Below, piece by piece: positions 38,206 through 47,799 of a stretch of DNA of 64,000 bases; positions within the stretch are counted from its first letter, which is position 1, and every line of letters starts with the position of its first letter. Both the position numbers and the translations under genes were made by a program. Source of the DNA: Squalus acanthias. Taxonomy: Eukaryota. The notes beneath the pieces are model-generated. The model searched no databases. It saw only the letters and a program-made list of their open reading frames with translations, and had not been told where the DNA came from. The stretch covers positions 124,001 to 188,000 of the forward strand of contig JASTWF010000347.1 in NCBI GenBank assembly GCA_030390025.1, read 5' to 3'.

Positions 38206-38781
38206 GGAAGGGGATGTGTAAAGAGATGGTCTGTGTATGGAGATGTGAAAGAAGGAAACGGTGTGTGTGTGTGATAGTGACACAGCCTTGTGGTCCCAGT
38301 CAGAACAATGCACAGATATCCTTGTGGTTATGGTTTGGGCAGGGCCAGGTCAATAATGTAGTAAACAAGTTAAATATAAATATCGCCAGTGTAGTCGCAG
38401 CTTGTTAGAACAGACCTGGGGAGAAGAGAGCTCTGAATCCACTGTATTATCCCTGTTCTCCGGATCGGGTAACTATACTCTGTCTGTATCTTTGCAGTGC
38501 TGTTAATAAAGTCAGTGAAAGACAATCTGTTGTTGTGAGCTTGATTATCTGGTGTCTGAAACCACAAGACTCAATCTTTAGACTCAACAAGATGAACAAG
38601 TAAACACATCACTGCCCAATACTCCAGCTCTATATTCACAGGAGAAAGTCTGTTATCACACTCCTCGAGTGGACAGAATAAAGAAAGATCCCAACTCAGA
38701 ACCTCCAGAAGCATTTGTAAATACCTTTCAAATCCTGACTGATATCAATTGTCATTGTACGTTCCATTGAAGACGAGAGAG

Positions 38782-39445
38782 GGGCTGGAGAGTAGGGGTG
38801 AAAGAGGAGTTGGTGTGAAAGAGGAGTTGGGGTGAGGGGGTTGGAGAGTAGGGGTGAAAGAGGAGTTGGGTGAGGGGGGGTTGGAGAGTAGGGGTGAAAG
38901 AGGTGATGGGGTGAGGGGGTTGGAGAGTAGGGGTGAAAGAGGAGTTGGGGTGAGGGGGGTTGGAGAGTAGGGGTGAAAGAGGAGTTGGGGTGAAGGGGTT
39001 GGAGAGAAGGGGTGAAAGAGGAGTTGGGGTGAGGGGGTTGGAGAGTAGGGGTGAAAGAGGAGTTGGGGTGAGGGGGGTTGGAGAGTAGGGGTGAAAGAGG
39101 AGTTGTGGTGAGGGGGTTGGAGAGTAGGGGTGAAAGAGGAGTTGGGGTGATGGGGGTTGGAGAGTAGGGGTGAAAGAGGAGTTGGGGTGAGGGGGGTTGG
39201 AGAGTAGGGGTGAAAGAGGAGTTGGGGTGAGGGGGGTTGGAGAGTAGGGGTGAAAGAGGAGTTGGGGTGAGGGGGTTGGAGAGTAGGGGTGAAAGAGGAG
39301 TTGGGGTGAGGGGGTTGGAGAGTAGGGGTGAAAGAGGAGTTGGGGTGAGAGGGGTTGGAGAGTAGGGGTGAAAGAGGAGTTGGGGTGAGGGGGGTAGGAG
39401 AGTTGGGGTGAGGGGGGGTTGGAGATTTGGGGTGAGGGGGGTTGG
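38782..39445. repeat. G-rich 39-40-bp minisatellite, about 16 copies
   Basis: Unit GGAGAGTAGGGGTGAAAGAGGAGTTGGGGTGAGGGGG(G)TT; virtually no C on the plus strand. Confidence 0.95.
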
Positions 39446-39464
39446 AAGGTTTGTGTGAAAGAGA

Positions 39465-39688
39465 ACTTGGCCTTAAGCTCTGGAATTCCCTCCCTAAAAC
39501 TCTCCGCCTCTCTCCTTTTCTCTCATCTTTTAAGATGCTCCTTAAACCCTACCTCTTTGATAAAGCTTTTGGTCATCTTTTCTGCTATCTCCTGTCGGTG
39601 TCAAACATGTTTTTTTATATTGCTCTTGTTGAGCGCCTTCGGACGTTTTACTACGTTAAATGTGCGATATAAATGTAAGTTGTTGCTG
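39465..39688 (+). mobile_element. L2 LINE 3' end
   Basis: LGLKLWNSLPK..FKMLLKPYLF; tail TATAAATGTAAGTTGTTG. Confidence 0.8.
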
Positions 39689-39950
39689 ATATCAAATCAA
39701 GGGACCACTTACAGTGTGACATCAAATCCAGGGACCACTTACACTGACAAAAACCATCCAGGGACCACTTACAGTGTGACACCAAATCAATAGACCATTT
39801 GCACTATGACACCAAATCTAGAGACCACTTATACAATGACAGCTAATTGAGGAAACATTTACAGAGACACTAAATCCTGTGACCACTTACACTCTGACAC
39901 CAAACCCAGGGACTATTTGCAGTGCAACACTAAATTCAGGGCCCACATGT
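39689..39950 (-). repeat. Diverged 30-bp array, inverted relative to 34108-34725
   Basis: CAAATCCAGGGACCACTTACA is the reverse complement of TGTAAGTGGTCCCTGGATTTG; about 8-9 units. Confidence 0.85.
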
Positions 39951-39954
39951 ACAT

Positions 39955-41512
39955 TCCCAGGGGTTAGAATCCCCATGTACAGTCCCAGGGTTAGAATCCC
40001 CATGTACAGTCCCAGGGTTGGAATCCCCATGTACAGTCCCAGGGTTAGAATCCCCATGTACAGTCCCAGGGTTAGAATCCCCATGTACAGTCCCAGGGTT
40101 AGAATCCCCATGTACAGTCCCAGGGTTAGAATCCCCATGTACAGTCCCAGGGTTAGAATCCCCATGTACAGTCCCAGGGTTAGAATCCCCATGTACAGTC
40201 CCAGGGTTAGAATCCCCATGTACAGTCCCAGGGTTAGAATCCCCATGTACAGTCCCAGGGTTAGAATCCCCATGTACAGTCCCAGGGTTAGAATCCCCAT
40301 GTACAGTCCCAGGGTTAGAATCCCCATGTACAGTCCCAGGGTTAGAATCCCCATGTACAGTCCCAGGGTTGGAATCCCCATGTACAGTCCCAGGGTTAGA
40401 ATCCCCATGTACAGTCCCAGGGTTAGAATCCCCATGTACAGTCCCAGGGTTGGAATCCCCATGTACAGTCCCAGGGCTGGAATCCCCATGTACAGTCCAG
40501 GGTTAGAATCACCATGTACAGTCCCAGGATTTGAATCCCCATGTACAGTCCCAGGGTTAGAATCCACATGTACAGTCCCAGGGTTAGAATCCCCATGTAC
40601 AGTCCCAGGGTTAGAATCACCATGTACAGTCCCAGGATTTGAATCCCCATGTACAGTCCCAGGGTTAGAATCCCCATGTACAGTCTCAGGGTTAGAATCC
40701 CCATGTACAGTCCCAGGGCTGGAATCCCCATGTACAGTCCCAGGGTTAGAATCACCATGTACAGTCCCAGGATTTGAATCCCCATGTACAGTCCCAGGGT
40801 TAGAATCCACATGTACAGTCCCAGGGTTGGAGTCCCCATGTACAGTCCCAGAGTTAGAATCCCCATGTACAATCCCAGGGTTAGAATCCCCATGTACAGT
40901 CCCAGGGTTGGAGTCCCCATGTACAGTCCCAGAGTTAGAATCCCCATGTACAGTCCCAGGGTTGGAATCCCCATGTACAGTCCCAGGGTTAGAATCCCCG
41001 TGTACAGTCCCAGGGTTAGAATCCCCATGTACAATCCCAGGGTTAGAAACACCATGTACAGTCCCAGGGTAAGAATCCCCATGTACAGTCCCAGGGTTAG
41101 AAACACCATGTACAGTCCCAGGGTAAGAATCCCCATGAACAGTCCCAGGGTTAGAATCCCCATGTACAGTCCCAGGGTTAGAATCCCCATGTACAGTCCT
41201 AGGGTTAGAATCCCCATGTACAGTCCCAGGGTTAGAATCCCCATGTACAGTCCTAGGGTTAGAATCCCCATGTACAGTCCCAGGGTTAGAATCCCCATGT
41301 ACAGTCCCAGGGCTGGAATCCCCATGTACAGTCCCAGGGTTAGAATCCCCATGTACAGTCCCAGGGTTGGAATCCCCATGTACAGTCCCAGGGTTAGAAT
41401 CCCCATGTACAGTCCCAGGGTTAGAATCCCCATTTACAGTCCCAGGGTTAGAATCCCCGTGTACAGTCCCAGGGTTAGAATCCCCATGTACAGTCCCAGG
41501 GCTGGAATCCAT
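39955..41512. repeat. 27-bp minisatellite, about 57 copies
   Basis: Unit CCCAGGGTTAGAATCCCCATGTACAGT. Confidence 0.97.
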
Positions 41513-42008
41513 GCGTTGCCAATGAGCTTGGGCCCCAGCACATGCTCACCGTAAAACCCAGGTCAAGGGCCGGCCCACTGTGCCCTCTCTGAACCCGGTT
41601 TGCTGCTCCCTCTGTGCCCAGCACTGCCTGCACCCCCAGCGCACGGAAGTGGAATTTAGCCTCAGTGTTACAAGTTTCATCGGTTACAGGCTGGAGAGAG
41701 GAATAGTTCAAACTGACCCAGAGCTGTGTGATTGGTTCAGTCTGTATATCACTGACGGGCCCTTTTAAATTTGAGTGGTCAGGTATTCAAATTCCCAGTA
41801 ACTCTAATCCCGGATATAAAAGAGGGGAGAGCTGTGTTTAAATCAGAGTCCCCTTGGAGATTCTCAGTGAAGGAACTGGTCAGCTTGAAATTCGAATCAG
41901 AAAAATCAGTGAGAAATTTCCAATGAGCAGATTTTGACCATAGAATCAATGGTTCCAGCACAGAAGGAGGCCATTCGGCCCCTCGAGCCCGTGCCGAAAC
42001 AGCGTAGC

Positions 42009-42082
42009 TCATCAGGGCGGGGATTGAACCCGCGACGTTGGCGTTATTAGTACCATGCTCGAACCATCTGAGCAAACTGACC
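42009..42082 (-). pseudogene. tRNA-Ile(AAT)-like pseudogene or SINE head
   Basis: GGTCAGTTTGCTCAGATGGTTCGAGCATGGTACTAATAACGCCAACGTCGCGGGTTCAATCCCCG: anticodon loop CT-AAT-AA; acceptor and anticodon stems imperfect. Confidence 0.7.
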
Positions 42083-42819
42083 AATATCAACTCCCACACG
42101 GATGGGGAATTCTAGAATAAGGAGGAACCGGTCACAATTTGAAAGGTATTAAAGTATTCGAGGGGCCCTTACATTTGGGATCTTTCTTTATTTTGTCCAC
42201 TCGAGGAGTTAGATAACAGACTTCGTCTTGTTAATGTGGAGCTGGATTATTGGGCCGTGATGTGTTTCCTTGTTGATCTTCTGTTAAATACATTTCCTGA
42301 GTTAATTTGAATCTAAACCAGGTTTGCAGGCGTGATGCTCTATTCACACATCGAAGGTGAGAGAGATGCTGTGGGTCACACACTAAGCCCAGTAGCTGAC
42401 AGTGATTAACAGACTGGGTTTTGTGTTTAGTGATCCCGGGCGTGTTACCGATACCTTCCCTGGATACCAAGGCTAGGAGAGGAACTCTGGAAGGTTTGGG
42501 GAGCTGGGACTTGTCCATGAGAGTAACCGAAGGTATGAGAACTGAAATAATCTAGAGTTAGAAAGGAGAAAAGGCCCAAAAATGGAGCAGTCAGTAACAG
42601 GACATCAATTAGTCTCCTGTTATCTTGGAGACGTCAAGGACTCGACAGACTGTGTGTTTGAAACAAAGCTGATTTATTTGGCATATATCCAGAAGATTAA
42701 ACTCCAGCCCAGTTAGGGAGTTATTAACATCAGAAACAAACCCCAACTATCAGAATGAACATGGTTCAGTCCTGAATGTGATTAACAGCAGCAATAACAG
42801 CAGAATCCAACCCTTGCAG

Positions 42820-44655
42820 TCACTTGTGAACTCGCTGGTGTCTCAGCAGATCCCTTGTGCTTTTAAAGCTCTTCTCACATTCAGAACATTTAAATGATCT
42901 CTTATCAGTGTGAACAAGTTGGTGTGCAGTGAGGATGGCAGACTCTGTGAATCTCTTCCCACACACGGAGCAGGTGAACATAAGAACATAAGAAATAGGA
43001 GCAGGAATAGGCCAGTAGGGCCCTCGAGCCTGCTCCGCCATTCAATAAGATCATGGCTGATCTTGGGCTCAAAGCCACTTCCCTGCCCTCTCCCCAGAAC
43101 CCTTCACTCCCTTATCTTGCAAAAATTTGTCTATCTCCACCTTAAATGTATTTAATGACCCAGCCTCCACAGCTCTCTGGGGCAGAGAATTCCACAGATT
43201 TACGACCCTCTGAGAGAAGAAATTCCTCCTCATCTCAGTTCTAAAAGGGCGACCCTTTATTCTGAGACTGTGCCCCCGAGTTCTAGATTTCCCCACGAGG
43301 GGAAACATCCTCTCTGCATCTACCTTGTCGAGCCCCTTCAGTATCTTATATGTTTCAATAAGATCACCTCTCATTCTTTTAAATTCCAATGAGTATAGGC
43401 CCAGCCTGCTCAACCTTTCCTCATAAGTCAACCCCCTCATCTCTGGAATTAACCTAGTGAATCGTCTCTGAACTGCCTCCAATGCAAGTATATCCTTCCT
43501 TAAATAAGGAGACCAAAACTGTACGCAGTACTCAAGGTGTGGTCTCACCAATACCCTGTACAGTTGTAGCAGGCCTTCCCTGCTTTTATACTCCAACCCC
43601 CTTGCAATAAAGGCCAACATTCCATTTGCCTTTTTGATTACTTGCTGTACCTGCATGCTAACTTTTTGTGTTTCATGCACAAGGACCCCCAGGTCCCTCT
43701 GAACTGTAGCATTTTGTAATCTCTCTCCATTTAAATAATAGTTTGCTTTTTTATTTTTCCTGCCGAAGTGGATAACCTCGCACTTTCCCACATTATACTC
43801 CATCGGCCTCTCCCCGGTGTGAGTGCGTTGGTGTCTCAGCAAGTGGGGTGAACGAATGAATCCCTTTCCACACACGGAGCAGGTGAACGGTCTCTCCCCA
43901 GTATGAGTGCGGTGGTGTGTCAGCAGATCATTTTTCCTTTTAAAGGTCTTCTCACAGTCAGAACATTTAAAAGGTCTCTTATCAGTGTGAACAAGTTGGT
44001 GTGTAGTGAGGTGGGATGAAGAAGTGAATCCCTTCCCACACACGGAGCAGGTGAACGGCCTCTCCCCAGTGTGAACTCGCTGGTGTCTCAGCAGATCCCT
44101 TGTGCTTTTGAAGCTCTTCTCACAGTCAGAACATTCTAAAGGTCTCTTCTTGGTGTGAACAAGTTGGTGTGCAGTGAGGTTGGCAGACTCTGTGAATCCC
44201 TTCCCACACAGGGAGCAGGTGAACGGCCTCTCCCTGCTGTGAGTGCGTTGGTGTGCCAGCAAGTTGGATGAACGAGCAAATCCCTTCGCACACACGGAGC
44301 AGGTGAATGGCCTTTCCCCTGTGTGAGTGCGTTGGTGTGCCAGCAAAGAATTTCTGCTTTTAAAGCTCTTCTCACAGTCAGAACATTCAAAAGATCTATC
44401 ATCAGTGTGAACAAGCTGGTGTGTAGTGAGGTGGGATGAAGAAATGAATCCCTTCCCACACACAGAGCAGGTGAATGGCCTCTCCCCGGTGTGAATGCGC
44501 TGGTGTTCAGTGAGGTTCCATGAACGAGTGAATCCCTTCCCACACACGGAGCAGGTGAACGGCCTCTCCCCGGTGTGACTGCGTCGATGAGTTTCCAGCT
44601 CAGATGGGCAAGAGAATCCCTTCCCACAGTCCCCACATTTGCACGGTTTCTCCAT
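42820..44655 (-). CDS. C2H2 ZNF-H (12 fingers) interrupted by CR1; current ORF 43069..44655 is 10 fingers fused to the CR1 ORF2 C-terminus
   Basis: ACC-ATG-G start (MEKPCKC); ..[14 protein letters not shown]..; last two fingers and the family stop lie at 42820-42978. Confidence 0.8.
42979..43803 (-). mobile_element. Young CR1 3' fragment (825 bp) inserted in the ZNF-H coding exon
   Basis: Sits exactly between CCG and TTC of a TGERP-F linker; CATAAGAA tail; no TSD. Confidence 0.95.
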
Positions 44656-44864
44656 GGTGCGGGTGTCCTTGTGTCTCTACAGGTTGGACAATCGGTTGAA
44701 GCCTCGTCTACACACAGAACACATATATGGTTACTCCCCACTAATCTAATTTAATCATGACAATATTTTCATTTTGACAATATTTTCATTTTAATTCCGG
44801 ACTTCTAAAACCCCCTTTCCCACACTCGGTCCTTCCCTATAAATTGTCCCTGTGTAATATTTCT

Positions 44865-45048
44865 CCAGGTTATAGTCTAACAGTTTTATTTGAAATCACA
44901 AGCTTTCTGAGCGCTGCTCCTTCGTCAGGTGAAGGAGCAGCGCTCCGAAAGCTTGTGATTTCAAATAAAACTGTTGGACTATAACCTGGTATGGTGCGAC
45001 TTCTCACATTTGTCCACCCCAGTCCAACACCGGCATCTCCACATCATA
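44865..45048. mobile_element. Penelope-like element end forming a 125-bp palindrome with a hammerhead-like motif
   Basis: Arms 44865-44923 and 44931-44989; the minus strand reads CAC-CTGACGA-AGGAGC(AGC)GCTCA-GAAA-GCTT-GTG. Confidence 0.7.
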
Positions 45049-45070
45049 ATATTTCTCAGTTTAGGTGAAG

Positions 45071-45240
45071 GACGCTCCCTGACTAGTCTCCACTTCTCCT
45101 TCATTTACAGACGCTCCCTGACTAGTCTCCATTTCTCCTTCATTGACAGACGCTCCCTGACCAGTCACCATTTCTCCTTCATTTCCAGACGCTCCCTGAC
45201 CAGTCACCATTTCTCCTCCATTTACAGACGCTCCCTGACT
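45071..45240. repeat. 39-bp tandem repeat, about 4.3 copies
   Basis: Unit GACGCTCCCTGACTAGTCTCCATTTCTCCTTCATTTACA. Confidence 0.9.
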
Positions 45241-45312
45241 CACTTCCTGTCTGTCCCGGAGTTTGGGGCTTTGTTGAGATTCGGGCCGGAGCGAAACGGG
45301 AACCCGCGGGTG

Positions 45313-45690
45313 GAGGCGGATAATGTTCACTGATCTCATAATGGGGCCTGGGGCCGCACTCGGGGTGTGTGCAGCCCGCGCATGCTCAGCTCACCTTCTG
45401 TTGTTCAGGTTTAAAGGTCAAGCCCCGCCCCTCACACACTCCGATTGGTTGGAGGACCCGCCGCCCGCTCGGTCCTCCAGGCCCGCCCCGCTCTTCCTAT
45501 TGGTCCGGAGCTCCCGTCAATCACTCGGGCAGTGTGAGCTGAGCATGCGCGGACCTTGGCAGCAGCCGCTGACACATCAGGTGAGAGAGCTCAGGGAGCG
45601 GGTTAATAAACCCCGGGGGGACGCGGGCTGCACACACCCCGAGTGCGGCCCCAGGCCCCATTATTAAAACACTCAACATTATCCGCCTCC
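45313..45690. promoter_or_regulatory. Palindromic, putatively bidirectional type-1 promoter between head-to-head ZNF-H and ZNF-I
   Basis: Perfect 19-bp inverted repeat 45376-45394/45534-45552 around a CCAAT/GC core; outer arms also inverted. Confidence 0.7.
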
Positions 45691-45894
45691 CCACAACTAC
45701 CCGCCAGTTTAAGACACAAACTCCGGGACAACCAGGAAGTGCTGGGAAATCCCCAGCGAGTCAGGGAGCCGGACTCTCAGGAGGCTCCACACCGCTGGCT
45801 GCTCGTGTGTCAGTGATCTCCCATCAGATTAATGTGCGTCTGCTGTGTGTGTGTTTAACAAAGTGCCCGAAGTAGTTCATAAGGTGAGGAACGA

Positions 45895-46182
45895 GTGAGT
45901 GTCGAACTGAACCCAGTCAGAGTCAGCACCTTCAGGGGAGGAGAGGGTGGGGAACCAGTGAGTGTAGAACTGAACCCAGCCAGAGTCAGCACCTTCAGGG
46001 GAGGAGAGGGAGGGGAACCAGTGAGTGTGGAACTGAACCCAGCCAGAGTCAGCACCTTCAGGGGAGGAGAGGGAGGGGAACCAGTGAGTGTCGAACTGAA
46101 CCCAGCCAGAGTCAGCACCTTCAGGGGAGGAGAGGGAGGAGAACCAGTGAGTGTAGAACTGACCCCAGCCAGAGTCAGTACC
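45895..46182. repeat. 63-bp tandem repeat, about 4.6 copies (ZNF-I intron)
   Basis: Unit GTGAGTGTxGAACTGAACCCAGCCAGAGTCAGCACCTTCAGGGGAGGAGAGGGAGGGGAACCA. Confidence 0.93.
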
Positions 46183-46502
46183 TAGAATTGCCTGTTCTGA
46201 ATTTCTATCCTGCACTCTCAGTCATGTCTTTTGTAAACTCCTTTTACAGGATATTAGAAGGGGAGGATTTGCAGATGGGAAACTCAAACCAAACATCACG
46301 TCAAGATCTGACAGAGGCACTCGATACATCTGGACGTGAATATTATCGGCCTTTGAATGTGGACGGAGAAATGTTTTAACCAGTTACACAGCCTGAAAAA
46401 TCATCGTACCATTCACAGCGGGGAGAAACGTACACGTGTTCTGTGTGTGGACGAGGCTTCAACTGATCGTCCAACCTGGAGAGTCACAAGGACACCCGCA
46501 CC

Positions 46503-47261
46503 ACGGAGAAACCGTGGAAATGTGGGGACTGTGGAAAGAGATTCACTTACCCGTCTGAGCTGAAAACCCATCGCTACCGGCACACCGGGGAGAGGCCGTT
46601 CACCTGCTCCATGTGTGGGAAGGGTTTCACTAATTCATCCCACCTTCTGAGACACCAGCGAGTTCACACTGACGAGAGACCTTTTAAATGCTCCAACTGT
46701 GCGAACTGCTTTAAAAGCTCTGAGGAACTGATTCAACACCAGCGAGTTCACACTAGGGAGAGGCCGTTCACCTGCTCCGTGTGTGGGAAGGGTTTCACTA
46801 ATTCATCCCACCTTCTGAGACACCAGCGAGTTCACACTGACGAGAGACCTTTTAAATGCTCCAACTGTGCGAACTGCTTTAAAAGCTCTGAGGAACTGAT
46901 TCAACACCAGCGTGTTCACACTGACGATAAACCATTCAGTTGCTGTCAATGTGGGAAGAGATTCAGGCAGTCATCCAATCTCATTGTACACCAACGCACT
47001 CACACTGGGGAGAGGCCGTTCACCTGCTCCATGTGTGAGAAGAGTTTCATTAAATCATCCAACCTGCTGACACACCAACGAATTCACACTGGGGAGAGGC
47101 CGTTCACCTGCTCCATGTGTGGGAAGAGATTCACTTGTTCATCCACCCTGCTGACACACCAGCGAGTTCACACTGGGGAGAGGCCGTTCATCTGCTCCGT
47201 GTGTGGGAAGGGATTCAATCAGTCATCCAACCTGCTGACACACCAGCGAGTTCACAAGTGA
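46503..47261 (+). CDS. C2H2 zinc-finger protein ZNF-I, 9 fingers from a putative ACG start (first ATG at 46611)
   Basis: Acceptor ends at 46249; upstream fingers deleted/frameshifted with TGA at 46464; ends HQRVHK-TGA. Confidence 0.75.
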   Translation, partial: TEKPWKCGDCGKRFTYPSELKTHRYRHTGERPFTCSMCGKGFTNSSHLLRHQRVHTDERPFKCSNCANCFKSSEELIQHQRVHTRERPFTCSVCGKGFTNSSHLLRHQRVHTDERPFKCSNCANCFKSSEELIQHQRVHTDDKPFSCCQCGKRFRQSSNLIVHQRTHTGERPFTCSMCEKSFIKSSNLLTHQRIHTGERPFTCSMCGKRFTCSSTLLTHQRVHTGERPFICSVCGKGFNQSSNLLTHQRVHK

Positions 47262-47799
47262 CTGCATGGGTTGGATTCTGCTGTTAATCATATCCAGGAC
47301 TGAACCATGTTCATTCTCAGAGTTGGGGTTTGTTTCTGCTGATGTTAATATCCCTATAACTGGGCTGGAGTTTAATATTCTGGATATATAGCTGATTGAG
47401 TTGTCGGGGCTGCAGTGTCCCTTTAAGAACTGCTGTCTGTGAGCTTTTCCCCTTAATTCAGGGACTTTGATCAGAAATTGGTTGCAAAAAAATTATGAAT
47501 TTTACTTCAATCCTAAATTAATCTTTGGTACAAAATCTACAATTTGGTATCTGAAAAGTGCCAGTGATTATCATCTCCAATTAGAAAGTGCTGATTAATC
47601 CTCGCTGACAATTCTTACTGACTTGCACATTACACACAGTGGCACCTCCATTATCCACCAGAAAGAAGGGGAATGGGAATTGGTGGAGAATCGAGAATCC
47701 CCAAATGTTGCCCCTCCGGTCTGGTACAGCAGTCCCTGCGGGACGGGAATGGAGACAAGTCCAGTTATAGTAACGGGCTGAGTTTAATCTTTCTGGGCC

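Noticed and set aside
42009..42082. Functional tRNA-Ile gene
   Set aside because: Acceptor and anticodon stems mispair and the A box is altered; kept only as a pseudogene or SINE head.
44136..44741. Alternate-frame ORFs across finger arrays ([21 protein letters not shown])
   Set aside because: A generic by-product of C2H2 codon usage, frequently stopped in paralogues.
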